A DNA stretch of 64,000 bases from Adineta vaga (GCA_021613535.1 CP075495.1:558001-622000); one strand, 5' to 3'. Positions 39,157 through 53,056 are shown, numbered from the stretch's first letter. Numbers and translations are program-made. Notes: generated from the sequence alone by a model not told the origin.

Positions 39157-39975
39157 TTATTCACGATAATTAAGAAATGTAATGAATATCATTATTAATA
39201 TTAAAAGAATCGAAACATGAAATGTCGAACCAGTTAATCGACCATCTGGTGTTTGTGTTATATTGTATCGAAATAAAATATCTTTTACAGAATTTAATAT
39301 TGATTGTGTATTACATAAATTTCGTGTACATAGAATATCAAATGTTGCAATACTTGAATCTTGATACATAGCAATTGATATTTCAGGTTGATATGAACTT
39401 GATTGACATGATCGTGTTAATTTATTGCTTGTGATTGTGTTTCCTGAAGCACACGAACCACGATTTGGATATTCAATACATATTTCTGCTTGTTCATTTG
39501 AATTATAGCAATTCAATTGACGATTTTGCATTGTTAATGATGGGCCGATGATAAATGGTTCCAATTCATTGAGAATTTTTGTAAAATCAACTGGTCTTTG
39601 TAGAATTTCATTTGTAATTTTCATTGCTAAATCTTTTGCACAATCATCTTTATCTTTACAAGTAATATCAACATAATGTGTAAAAGAAATTATTGCTGAA
39701 TTGATTATTTGTAATTTACCACGACGTTGATTATTTGAATTATAAATTGAATTTGTTGAAAAACTTGTCAATTGAAATAAATTATCTCCTGCGCCAAATG
39801 TAAAAGCAAGATTTGCTCCACATTTACCAGCTGAAACAATTTGATTACAACTTTGAGGATAAATAAATGATGTTGAAGTATTATATGAAAATGAGCATTC
39901 TGTCGTACATCGAAGTGCTTTACAAGAAGAAAATGAAAGGAGAAAAAGAATAAGACAGGTTTGATAAAATGACAT
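39157..39975 (-). CDS. Secreted/GPI-anchored Cys-rich protein, Ly6/uPAR-like two-domain layout
   Basis: Signal peptide ending ALRC, C.DKDDC, CY....C, CTRNLCN, and a hydrophobic C-terminus. Confidence 0.7.
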   Translation of the reverse strand: MSFYQTCLILFLLSFSSCKALRCTTECSFSYNTSTSFIYPQSCNQIVSAGKCGANLAFTFGAGDNLFQLTSFSTNSIYNSNNQRRGKLQIINSAIISFTHYVDITCKDKDDCAKDLAMKITNEILQRPVDFTKILNELEPFIIGPSLTMQNRQLNCYNSNEQAEICIEYPNRGSCASGNTITSNKLTRSCQSSSYQPEISIAMYQDSSIATFDILCTRNLCNTQSILNSVKDILFRYNITQTPDGRLTGSTFHVSILLILIMIFITFLNYRE

Positions 39976-40279
39976 GTTGAAAAAATGAAATCGTATATTG
40001 TCTGTTAGATATTTTATATGAATATTTATTTTGTTGATAAGAAAACTCTAGTAATATTGTGTTTTTATTCTTAGTTATTGACATACAGAATACATGACGT
40101 CATATTGACTGAGAAAAAAAACTGAACGAGTTCAAGTACTCAGATTTAATATTGATAAACATCTATGTTTGGTATTAATTATATATATAAAAAAAAATAA
40201 TGTCTTCAAATTTAATAAAGAAAAACTATGATATTTCTCTATATAATATTCCATAAGGTCGTACATAATTTGAATTACC

Positions 40280-40445
40280 TGTTACAGGCGACACCTACCT
40301 CTTCGTATTCTAGTCTCCTCTTTCTTTTCCTTGCTCTCGACCTAGATCCTTTCTTTTGATAATATCATCTCTTTCTTCTCTTTATTCGTGATATATGTGT
40401 ATTCACTTTTCTTTGTGTGATTATATATATATATATATATATACA
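40280..40445 (+). mobile_element. Possible LTR fragment
   Basis: Begins TGTTAC at the end of the duplicated PARP-like 3' fragment, then a pyrimidine-rich tract and (TA)n, like the solo LTR at 15016. No 3' end is visible. Confidence 0.35.
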
Positions 40446-40459
40446 TGTTTTACTCAGCA

Positions 40460-40777
40460 AGCAACTGATTTCTACGATCGAAATTTGCTAAAAAAATTAG
40501 CATTTTCCTGCGCCCTACCAGAAAATATTCAATACTGTTAATAGTGTCTCCTATTTTAGAATGCCACAGGAAGCTACAAAAAATTTAGTCGACAGATTTC
40601 AAATTTCATGTTAAAATGCATTTTAACATGAAATTCGAAATCTGTCGACTAAATTTTTTGTAGCTTCCTGTGGCATTCTAAAATAGGAGACACTATTAAC
40701 AGTATTGAATATTTTCTGGTAGGGCGCAGGAAAATGCTAATTTTTTTAGCAAATTTCGATCGTAGAAATCAGTTGCT
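40460..40777. repeat. 318-bp spacer-less palindrome
   Basis: Two 159-bp arms centred between 40618 and 40619 (AAAATG|CATTTT), with one mismatch seen (40601 A vs 40636 C). Confidence 0.97.
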
Positions 40778-40879
40778 AGAAACGCATCATTTGTGACCAT
40801 GATCATCCTGCATAAGTTTCAACTGGGACCCAAGCTCTCAAGCAGAGATCCAATACCCCATAAAATCCTGGTTACGCCA

Positions 40880-41685
40880 CTATTCTCAATCTTCTACGCC
40901 AAAGGAGAGATTTTCAATGTGTGATATACAAAATAATAAACGTTCAAGAAAACGTGACGTGTGTATACCAATAGTTAATCTGCGAAGATGATTTGTATTT
41001 AGTATATTAGGTAAGGTTATTTGATATTCTAATGGATTATTATCTATTTGTTTCATGTTGATAACACGATAATTAAAAGAAAGTCGACAATGTTTTAGGA
41101 GAGGAATTCTTGAACAAACCTATTCAAAGAAAAAGAAATTAGATTTTCTCAATACATCTTTGTTATCAGAATAAAATAATTAAAATTCTACATGATCAAC
41201 TAATACAATTCTTTTCTTACCTTAGCTAAATAAATCCTTTCAACTTGAAGAAAATTGAATGAACTAGTTTCAGTCACATCAACTAATAAAGTATGTAACC
41301 GTTTTACTACATGATTAAGTAATAATTTATCAAATTCATGTGGTTTAATACCAATTAAATGTAGACGTTGAAGCAATGTTATCTGATGATGTTGAAGATA
41401 AGATGAAACTAATGACCACCCACCAATAGCATTGGTTAATGTTAGACGTAGTGAGATAACTCGACTTCCTATTAATTTCAAAATATTTTGACATTGATCA
41501 TTAAATATAGTCAATGACATTGTTGTACCACCAATATGAATATTCCATAAATATTCATTCAATATAAATCTTGATAAACGTTTATTTAACGGAAATAATG
41601 ATTGAAAAATATCAACTGGTGACAAAAAAGCAAAAAATTCATAAAGAATATTGGCAGGTAACACATTAAATGAACTAATATTCAT
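40880..41685 (-). pseudogene. F-box-like gene, 3'-truncated
   Basis: FNVLPANILYEFF..L...DIFQSL..LNKRL F-box. Intron ~41220..41120, and the second exon runs into unrelated sequence near the palindrome. The 3' boundary is approximate. Confidence 0.6.
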
Positions 41686-43622
41686 TTTCCTTTCAATTCT
41701 GTGGTATATTCATTGTCTTTATATTTATATACGAACGTACACAATGGCAGATTTCTGTCTGATTTGTTTAACGAAACAGACATAGGAGTCAATTACATCG
41801 ACTTAATATTAACTCGCTACATACTATATTGATATAATACGACATGTTATGAAAAAAGACTAATCATCTTTCCTAATTCAATATGAATTAGTCGATGTTT
41901 ATATGTGTTTGATTTCGTATGTTGATGAAATTGAACAAGTTGATTCTGTTTTGAATACTTGATTATAATAAAAACTTTTAAAGTTAATTATAGAAAAGAC
42001 ATGAACATATAAGGTTCGTAATTTGAGTCACTATGAGGATGAGAAAACAACTCTCACCCTTTCATCGGATATCCTATGAAATGAATCAGTGCATTCATTT
42101 GTACGATGTAACTCCTAGAAGATTAATAAGATTGTCATGTAATTTTGAATCGAATATTTCACTCGATTTCTAAGATTTGAGTCCTTCGAAGAGCGTTCTC
42201 TCTTCTTTCAGTCTTTTAAATTCATAATTTTTATAGCAGATTTAAGTCTATTTGGAATATAATATTGTGTGTCTAGACTAGATTGCGTTATTAAACTTTT
42301 GCTTAATTTATGACAAAGAACTATATGACTATTTGATCAGATCAAACATCTAATATATATAATTTTCGTTAATTCTTTGAATCAGACTGAAATTAATACA
42401 ACATGCTTTGTCAGTTCCTCTATATTGAAATTTTTGTCAAGTGAGAAAAAATTTGTTCTATCGAGACTTCTACAGGATTAAATAAAAAATCTTGATGAAT
42501 ATATCAGGTTTATTTCATCATATTTACTAAGAAATGTGTGAATTTATTAATAAAAGATAGTATATTTGAATCTTCATAATCATACCAATAATGTCTAATA
42601 AACTAGACTACTAGGCTTTAATAAATAAATAGTTCTATATAAGTTCTATTTTCCATATTTTCCTTTTACAAATCAACAATGAAGTCTTTTTTCTCACTTT
42701 TTCTTCTAATCACTCTTTTATCCAGGGATTCTCTTCATTCCATTGAACACATAGAATGTGACAGAAACCAAAGAACGTATAATAAATCAGTTATTATCAA
42801 AGATAAGAAAAGCCGAAATCATTTACTCTGGCCATGAATACTATGATGTTGACATAATGGTTAATATAAATTTATCTCTATATGGAATATCAAATGCAAA
42901 TTCTATTTGATTTTTATGTGATAAAGAGAAAATGAATGTAATCAAAAATTCTTATTTGATTATCTTCCTTAGTTATTTTTATCGGAAATTATAAAACTTT
43001 CAAAACTCAAATTCGACCGGTACTTCTTCCTGAAAATAATCAAACAAGTATAAATAAAAGAAATAATCAATATAGAAACCTTTTATCTCCTTTCTATATC
43101 GATGACAAAAACAATATGGAATCATGTGTAACTAGTATCGGTGCATCTGCTATTCAACGTAAATATTATGAAGAAAAAACAAGGATCATACCATTAGCTA
43201 TTGTAATGAGAATAACTATCAACAAAACTGATAACAATAGGTTAAAATTTACAAAATCATTTGATCTGTAATCGTAGAAGTACAGATATGAACAAATAGT
43301 AAACAATCATTATAACTTATCTTCACTGTATACAATGCTGAAAGAGAAGTTCAATCGAGAATATTTACCACAGACACAAACTACAACAACAACAACGGAA
43401 ATATTTCATTTCAATATTCTTCTTTTCATCTGTATGAATTTTTTTCGTACATTCTTTTGAAATCAAAATCTATATTATTAGAAAAAGAAATAATAAAAAT
43501 CGAATTGACAAATACATTTCTTATCAGATAATAGGAGAATTTAAGTAACATGATTATCTTTATCTAATCCATTTGATTTCTCATATAAATACTTGAATAT
43601 TTGTTAAATGTCGATATGAAAG

Positions 43623-44527
43623 ATGAAAGTATTCTTTTTAATTTTTCTCGGAACGATTCTTTTATCGACAAATAATGCACTTCAATGTATCAATTACGAT
43701 GGAATTCTTAGTATTTCAGTAAAAACATTAACTTTGAATGAAATTAAACAAACAATTAATAAATCTGTTCATGTTAAAAATCAAGATTTATGTTATGTAC
43801 AAATTCGATATTATGAAGATTTACAAGGTTTAATTTTATTTTTTCAATCAATTGATTCATTTGAACAAACAACGAATGTTGATATTATTGTTTCAACAAA
43901 ATTATATTTATCAACAAATAAAAGTTCAATTGAAAATACAATCGCATTTGTATGTGATAAAGAAAATGAATGTAATGGAAAATTTATGTTCGAATATCTC
44001 CAATGGTTATTCAATACAAATTATAAAACTCTTGAAACAACTATTCGACCTTTACTTTTTCCTCAAACGAATCAAACAGGTAGGAAAGAAATTGAATATT
44101 TTTAGAAAAGAGAAAATAAGAAAATAATTTAGGTCAATGTTATGCTGAGGAAACAAATGAAATAGAAGAATGTGCAACTGATGTTTGTGAAATGTCATAT
44201 CAAAATAATCAATTTGAACGTAATTGTCATGGAATAGAAACAACAAATATGTCATTAATGATTGCAATGAAAATAACAATGAATTTCAATCTTACAGAAT
44301 CACTTCATCGATATTCTTATACTTGTTATGGAAATTTATGTAATAATCAAAATCAAGATCAACAAATTAAACAAATAATAAATAATCATTATGATTTATC
44401 TAAATTATATGAATTAATTCAACAAAATTTCTATCAAGAACATTCAAATGCACAAAGACAAAAATTTTCATTTGCAGACTTAGTTTTTATTTCTGTAGGA
44501 TTTTTTATCTTGATTCAGAATTGTTAA
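43623..44527 (+). CDS. Secreted/GPI-anchored Ly6/uPAR-like protein, paralog of 39157-39975, 2 exons
   Basis: Signal peptide ending ALQC, CDKENEC, intron 44080-44132 in frame, CY....C, CYGNLCN, and a hydrophobic tail. Confidence 0.75.
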
Positions 44528-45385
44528 ATCTCAATGAAATTCAATCTATAGACATTATCATAATATAATAAAACAAAGATTAGAATATTTTATTTTGTCA
44601 TTTATAAGATAAATGTAGATAAGATTAGTAACTAACATCTATCTTCAAAAAGATTCATCATTTGCTATTGTTACAGACAGTCAATTGATCAAGAACTCAT
44701 TACAATAGATAAAACAGGAGAAGAGCAAATAAGAATTCGTTCACCATACATCATTTATTACTTCATCTGAACGCCAAAATCGTTGACTAGTGGGCATACC
44801 TCTTGATCGAGTTATCCATCACTACAGAATTCTTATTAAATTCAGTTTGCAAATCGCTGATAACGATCCTCTTCAGGATAAATGTGACACTGAATAAGAG
44901 AGAGGAGAGTACATAAATTCTTCACATTCGTCAACACGATCGAACAGAATTAAAGAATACAGAAGACAATTCTTGTGAAGTATCGATAAAAACTTCTAGA
45001 AGCTTCACTCAAAATCGATAATAATCGAGTGACATCAGCAGTTTGTTTTATTTATCTCATTAATAAAAAGCTGATTCATACAACATGTTCACTTCCCTGA
45101 CTTTCTAGTTCCGAGTGAGATAGATGAAGCAGTACATTTTTGTACATAAAAGATTATGGCGTAGGTAAGTGTGTTTACATGCCTAATATTTTTCTTCCGA
45201 GATTAATAGACGAAGCGTAACCAATGACGCATTTGCCTATAGGATATAAAAAGTGAAGAAAGTAACTGATTACTTCATTCGGAACAGAAGCAATTCATCA
45301 TTTATTTCTTTATTTATACCAATAAAAGTAAGGTGTCAATTGTGTTTTTTATATGTGAAATCTGTAATATATTTATATTATAGAA

Positions 45386-45826
45386 ATGTCAATATCAACA
45401 TATATTATTTTATTTGGTTTCTTATTTGGTACAGCATCTGCTGCTGCTGCTGCTGCTTCTGATGATGATCAGAAAGTAGCAGTATCATCTTCTACAATCA
45501 CTATTGAAGAAATAACACCAGAAATGTACAAAACTTTTATAAGTTCTGGTCAATTAGAACTCGTCCAACAACGTGATAACATTTATCGACCATATGATGA
45601 TCCACCAAGAATACCTTGTCTGAAGGCTTATGACTTGTGGATGGCTCAACATATTAATGAGTTTCAAGCTTTGGCAAATAAAGAATGTCGACCATTTAGA
45701 GGAGGTTGGTCAAATAAAGATTGTTGTGTATTATTCGTTGTCAATCCACAGTATCCACCTTGCAGAAAATGGGCCCAATATGAATACAGTGCAACGATGA
45801 AAGTTTCAGCATATGCTTCCCCTTAA
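45386..45826 (+). CDS. Small secreted Cys-containing protein of unknown family
   Basis: Signal peptide, Ala run, acidic segment, and five Cys in the C-terminal part. TATAAAA at ~45245, 5'-UTR intron 45328-45383, AATAAA at ~45908. Confidence 0.75.
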   Translation: MSISTYIILFGFLFGTASAAAAAASDDDQKVAVSSSTITIEEITPEMYKTFISSGQLELVQQRDNIYRPYDDPPRIPCLKAYDLWMAQHINEFQALANKECRPFRGGWSNKDCCVLFVVNPQYPPCRKWAQYEYSATMKVSAYASP

Positions 45827-46173
45827 TATCGTATTATCAGAAAGCTGATAATGAATCAAATGATTCTTCATTATAAATTCATAAAATTTCCATTTAACAA
45901 ATCTTATAATAAACATCAGTGAAAAAACGTATGATCATACGTAGTTATCATCTTGAGAGTGTATATGATATGAAAGAGAGGAAAAAGCACACAGTAATAC
46001 AAAATCAATAGTCTTAGATTGGTTAGAATGTCATCTATCATTCGTAATATTAACTTTATTGTCGATGAAACTTTTCTCTATTTCATAAATAATGATTAAA
46101 CGATAAAGATTTTGAATACAAACAAAAAGCATACATGCAATACAATGCAGAATATCACAGAAATTTGAGTTCA

Positions 46174-47205
46174 TCATGTTCTGCTCGTCATGGGTTCAAG
46201 TCCCACTTCATTTTGTCGTTTTTCTTGTAAAGAAACTTCAAAGAAAACATATCTTAATTGTCGACGAAATCGTTTGGAAACACAAATATATGTATAAAAC
46301 GGTGTCTAAACAAAAAGAAAATAAGATTTGTAATGTTCAATCGAAAGAAAGATTCTTACCGAAAATCCAATATATGAAAAATAAAGTATTATAGAATTTG
46401 AGAAATTCTTTTTTGCTTGAATATCAAAATCAATCACATTCATAGTCATCAATGTGTACATAGTTGATATAGAATACGGTAAAAATGTACAAAAACTAAT
46501 GAGAACTTGAACGAGAACCATTGCTGTAAGTTGTTTGTCTAATTCACGACGAACAAGTGGAACAGTTCGATATGCAATATTTCTTGCATTTAAATAAGCT
46601 AATAATCCAAATATTACTGTTAAAATAGGAATTAAATTAGTAAGAGTAAGAAGATAACCATAACTAAAATAATTAATCAATATAGAATTTGTTATTTGAC
46701 AAATTGTTTGATTTGTTGTTAAAGGTGTTACATGAGTATAATATATAGTATATGGAATACTATGAAGCATCCAAAATGTAACAATAATTGTTATAAGACG
46801 ATATGCTAGTTTAATATTTGCCCATTGTTGCCATCGTGGTCGTGTTGATGTTGCTAAAAATTGATCAAGAATAGCCAAACATAAACATGTCGTTGAACAT
46901 GATATACAAATATGAAAAATTGTTATATTTATTTTACAAAAAGCAAATGATGAATTTCTCCAATCAATACGAAATCCAAACCAGAGAATATTTTGTAATA
47001 TACTAAAAATAAATCGACCAAGATCAAAAATTGACATGAAGAGAAGATAAAATGCACATGAACTTTGTCGAAAAGTTTTTAAACTAAGAAAAACAATGAT
47101 ATTAAGACATGCACCTATAACACCTAATGTACAAATTGGAATTGTAAAGAAATAAGTAAGTTGTTTTAAAGCATTATTAAACGATGGAACAAGTAATGCA
47201 GCCAT
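46174..47205 (-). CDS. Class A GPCR, 2 exons
   Basis: GACLNIIVFLSLKTFR, AILDQFLAT and LDKQLTAMVL. Intron 46359..46306 gives TPFYTYICVSKRFRRQL...*. Confidence 0.88.
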
Positions 47206-48243
47206 GAAAAACAATATCAATTGAATGATAAAAATGTTTATAAAGTTTTTCTTTTTTTTCTAATTAACATTTTCATTATACGGATACGAGAAATAAGTGA
47301 GCTTTTGTCTATTTTTATAAAAAGAACGATACTTTAACATATATAACATTGTTTTTTTTTTATTAATTAAGAATGTTTTCGCTTTAGGAAAATGACATCA
47401 AAGTTTATTAGAAATCTTTTTTTTATTGAAATTCATATTCACTTTTTTTTATCTCTAGAGGTAAAATATGATATAATGAATATTTTTTTAATATTATGAA
47501 TAGTTACATTCAAACTTTGCTTGATAAGGATATAAAAACATATATAGTCAACATAAAATTCGATTCATTTCTCTGTCGCTTTTAGGTTTTATTTATTATT
47601 GAAAAGAACCTAAAAATGGTCGTTTCTCTTTTTACATATTTCGCGCATATTACAAGAATAACGAAAAGAGTAAACAATCAAAAGAAATTAGAAATGATAA
47701 CACAAGAAGCACTGATCTTACGGAACTTTTGTTGTTTCTTAAAAAATCTTTCAGCTCTAACATTCACATTCTGCCAAGAAAAGTTGGAAATTTTAGTAAA
47801 ATATCTCGATGACAATAATGAATCTAAAAGATAAATGAAATATAAAATTTGCATTTTATTTTACCATAGTCGAAAAAGATTCATTTTTTTCTTGTTCTTT
47901 CACCAACAACAGAAGGAAACTCAACAAAAACATTAAAATGTGGGTTTTTTTCTAACAGAAATGAATTCGCCAACTCGAACGAAAAATAAAAGCCTTTGTT
48001 ATTCAACAAAAATACCGACAAAATCAAATCATTAGTTGGCAATTTCTTGAGTATTACACATATGAATACAAAATTCACAGACAATTTTTATTCATGCATT
48101 TATCATCAGTCGATTAAAGATAACCAGCTGATACATTGTTCTCTTGTAATAGATAACGATATAGAAAAAAAAATGATGCATCAGCTTGGAGTTTTATTTT
48201 CATTTTGTTATGATCTTTCTGTTTTTCTTAGAATATATTTAAG

Positions 48244-51086
48244 ATGAATCAGATCATCGGAGAAGATAAGAAAACTGAACTAATCAATAATATTACTTCT
48301 GTAAGTTTCGATGATTTTTTCAGGAAATATTTATATTCTTTTATCAGTTATTATCTGACAATTCCGATGTTGAAGACGACTTTCTATCACAATTGGATGA
48401 TTTATATAAAGTCTGTTGTTTATTTTTGTATATAAATAAATTTTATAATTCGATTTAACTTAGGCGAAGTTTAATAAAATTCTATCAATTGAGTTGTTGC
48501 AATTAGCATTACCCGACTTTTCCAATAAACTTATATCAATCGTATCACTTTCTAATAATAACAACGAGGTTTGTTAATAAAATTGATTTCCGACCTTGTT
48601 ATTGATATTTTTTTAGAGAGAAAATCTATTCAACCAAATCAGTTCATCTGGAGTTGTTCCTGATAATTTTCGTTATTCTCCAAATCCAATGACATTTGAT
48701 GAGACGAACAGAACTTTTCTTGCTTATTCATCAAATATTAATCGACAACGACAATTGATTTGTATGCTACCAGAATGTTACATGGAAAACATGCAAGAAT
48801 TAACTGATATGCTCGAGTAAAACTTGTTTTTGTTTTCTTCTTCGGAAATAAAATAATGTATTTATAGTGTTTATTATTCTCATCCAATTTCTGAACAATT
48901 CGTAGTTAATGATGTTCATGTTGGTCTTGGATATGTTGGCAAATATGAGAATGTTTATCATCGATTATATATCAAAGAAATTCGTCCATTAACTTATATG
49001 ATCGTTTATATTGATCTTGGTTTAGAAGAAGAAATTCAAAAGAGTGAAATAAAGTTGAAATATTTATTAAATTATTTTAGTCAATATGAATGTTTGGTTA
49101 TTGCTTGTCGTCTTCATGGAATTGAATATAAACTTGAAAATCATGAAATGCCATTGAAGACATACGATCAATTGAAATATCTTTGTCGCGGTGGTCCTTT
49201 TCAAATTCAACCATGTGGTCAATTCAATGGAATTTTGAATGTGAAAATCTATGATCATGATAATCAATGTTTAAATGATCTTCTTGTACAGAGAGGATTC
49301 GCGGTATAATCATAAAGATGTGATTATAATGAATGTAATTGAAAATATCTTTTAGTTTTCATCATCGTTAGAAGTAAAAACAAATCAAGTTAATCATGCT
49401 TTAGATGATTATGAAATAGATGATTATGAAACATCCGTTCGTTATATTTTTATAAGATTTGTAATTCTTAATTATTTTGTTCTTCTTTTCGCTATTATTA
49501 TTAGACGACAAAAGTATCCACTGCATTTAATGATTATGTAGGAATTGTCTTTGATTTTAGTTTTTGTATTCATGAAGATTTGTTTACGTAGGAATCAGAT
49601 CCATTTCTAACAACATCCAATACTCAAACATCAAAACGTCAATATCTTAGATTTTCTGAAAATTCATATAAAATTATTCGTAATCTTTTAGAGAAAAACG
49701 CAACTCCAAAACAAACACCGAAATCTAACAATCAATCAAATAGACAATGTAAATCTTTCTTAGCTAAATTATTCTAGAAAATAGGAAATATTTAGTAAAA
49801 ACAAATGGTAATATGACAGGATTGAAAATCACTGTTGCGTCAGGCGGTCAACGATTATTCACTACCGCATTTGTATGTACTACTTCATTACGTTGCCATA
49901 TGTATGCGATCAATGATATGATCTTCTTATTTCAGTCTGGAATACTTCGAAATAATTCTAATGATCAACACCGCCGACCTAAACCGTCAAGAGTACAACT
50001 AACACCTGAAAAACGCGATATGTTTGTTGATTGGATGTGTTCATCCACCGAACAAGAATCTTTATGGTTAAATGAAACACATGGAAAAGCTTTATTGACA
50101 TACTTAGGAAGAATCTATAATCAAAATGCTCATATGTATCGTTTATTTACTCAAATGAAACAAGACATGGATCAGTCCGATGATTTGGATATTTTACATC
50201 GATTAATTGAAAAAACTAAACAAAGACATGGTTTGTATCACAGAAAAATCAATCATTGTATAATAAATCTGTTTTCTAGATGCTCAAACATCGATTGGTA
50301 AATGGGAAGATAATTCTCGAATAACTCGTCGAATAAACGATCTAAGATTTATTTTTGAATTCAATAATTCATCATCACAAAATCAAACATTCAATGTTTA
50401 TCCATCTGATTTAACAAAGATCATTAATCCTCGTATGATCAAATCTTACTTTGATCTTGGATGTGGAGATGGTGTTATCACAGCTGCTATAGGTGATTAT
50501 TTAGGTCTCAATCGAGAAAATATTCTTGGTGGTGATACATTCATTGGACAAAGTGACAAAATTACATTTGTTAAAATCGATGAAAATCAATGTACAATTG
50601 ATCTTCGTTCGTATAAAACAGATTTTTCTTCTTCTAAAACTGTTTTTTCTTTTAATTTTCTATTTAGCTAAGAATTGTGTGGATTTAATAACATCATTTG
50701 TAACATTTCATCATATTTCACAAATTGATAAAACACTTGCTGAACTTGTTCGAATCCTTCGACCAGGTGGTTATTTGATTCTTCGTGAACATGATTGTAA
50801 AACTGAACTATCTTTTTCAACAAAATATCTTCATTTTGTTCATGCAATTATGATGATTGCAAGAGTTGGAGAATTTGCAAATGTTTCAATTGATCAAGGA
50901 AAAGAAAATCTTAATTGGTCAGAGCAAAAGAAGAAAATTCTTGAATATACAAAAACAATTCATTATCGATCATGTGAGGAATGGACAAATGAACTTAAAA
51001 ATTTTGGATTTCAACTTATTTCAACAGTTTTTTATAAATCGAATAATCCTCAACGATTATTCTATGCAGTTTATCAAAAAGAATAA
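48244..51086 (+). CDS. Multi-exon Tudor-domain + class I SAM-dependent methyltransferase
   Basis: YHRLYI...MIVYIDLG.EE...IACRL.GI (Tudor-like), then YFDLGCGDG, DLITSFVTFHHI and ELVRILRPGGYLILREHD. About ten short GT-AG introns link the parts; the exon chain was not fully frame-checked. Confidence 0.65.
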
Positions 51087-51139
51087 ATGATCAAATTCTG
51101 ATTCTTTTTCATAATGAGAATTTCTTATAGATTAACTAA

Positions 51140-52652
51140 ATGGCTAATTCATCTCGAAGAAATGATAGTGAAACTATCGATTATCGAGTAAAGCATTTGG
51201 AAAATTTGCTTCATGATGCAATTATTCAAATCAATAAACTTGAAGAGAGAATTCAAAATTTGGAAGAAGAAAATATTTTACATAGAAATCAAATTGAAAG
51301 TAATTCAACAATAAATTTCTCAGTATTATATAAGAAGAAAGTCATTTAGAGTTTCAACATAACAATACAAATACACCCAGTCTCATTCCTATACAATCGC
51401 TTAATCTTCACGACAATCATAATGTAATTAATCGTAATGACAATACAAATCAAGACAAAAAGAATCAATCAAGTAAATATTTCTCATGAAAAAAAGACGG
51501 TAATTTTAGTTTGAATTATAGATGAAAATAGAAACACAACATTACAATCAACAACTCTTACGAATAGTATAAGTAAAATATTTCTTCAATGTCAATATTT
51601 TATCTTTATATATAAAAATAGAAACTCGTATGGGAAATAATGTATTTACTCGTTGGATGAATTCGCAAGAGGAAGAGTTTTCATTATGGAAAGATAGAAA
51701 GTATTCGAAATCTTTACTTTTTTATATCGGAAAAATGTATGGAGAAGAAACTAATATCGAAGAAATTATGGCGCCTTTAAGAATTGGATCGAATAATCAT
51801 GATGAACTTTATCAACTTTATCTTGTCATAAAAAGATTTGAAGAACAACCTGGTTTATCTATTTTTAATGAATAATTTTTCAATCCTAATTTGTATATTT
51901 TAGGTGCTAAAGAATCACTTCGTAAATGGCAAGAGAAAAATCGAACAAAAAATCGTTTATTTCAATTTCAAAAAATGTTTAAATCAATCAATTCTAAATC
52001 AATTCAGACTTATTTCGATTTAATCTGTCGCGATGGTTTTATTACTGCCGAAATTGGAAAATATCTTCAATTAAATCAAGAAAATATTCTTGGTGGTGAT
52101 GAATACAATAGTCATAATAAGGATATTACATATGTTAAAATTGATTTAAATCAATCAAAAATTGATCTCAGTAATTTAACTTTTGTTTTCTCTAAATTTA
52201 ATTTTAATGAATTTTTCTTTAAAGTGGACAATCATATTGATCTTATAACATGTTTTGTTGTTCTTCATCATGTTCCAGATTTAGATTTAATGTTAAGAGA
52301 AATTGTTCGTATAATGCGATTAAATGGTTATTTAATTGTTCGTGAACATGATTGTAAAAAAGAACGTTCATTAACAAATAAATATTTAAATTTTATTCAT
52401 GCTTTTATGAGAATTGCAGAAATTGGTGAATATGCTCATCGATCTAATGATAATTCTACAAATGATTGGGAATTACAGAAAAAAGAAATTATTGAAGAAA
52501 CAAATTCAATTCAATATCGAACACGTCAAGAATGGAAAAAGAAATTAGAAGAAGTTGGTTTTTGTTTAATTGCTGAAATTGATTATGATTCAAATATAAA
52601 AAATCCTCAAGTTTTATATCATGATGTTTATCAATTACAGAACAAACAATAA
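51140..52652 (+). CDS. Second methyltransferase paralog with N-terminal coiled coil, multi-exon
   Basis: Coiled-coil first exon, YFDLICRDG (altered motif I), DLITCFVVLHHV, GYLIVREHD, IQYRT..EW and NPQ. Confidence 0.75.
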
Positions 52653-53056
52653 TTCAAAATAATTGTGTTAAAATCAGGACTTCTTTTTAATTTTTTTTTA
52701 ATGTGTTTGTTTCAACACTCACGCTAATTATCCTAAAAATAATCACGATTTAATCATTCTCTATAAGGTGAAAATAAACGATTTTAAACTTAGTTTTAGT
52801 GTAAAATGTGAGTATAGTCTATTCAATATATAGTCACATCTATGTTATCTATACTTTTTAAAATCTTTTCGACAAGAAATCGATTTCAAATAACGTGATA
52901 AAAATAGATTAAGATTGATAATTTCCATGATAAAACATCAACTTCGTTGTGTATATTTTGTTCTACTGTTCATGACTTCTGGATGGATCGAAAGCTCTAG
53001 TTATGTATTTTTATCGTTTTTATTTAATTTCATTCAAATTATTTTTCATGTTCTAC

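Noticed and set aside
45438-45458. (GCT)n microsatellite
   Set aside because: It simply encodes the poly-Ala run of the secreted protein.
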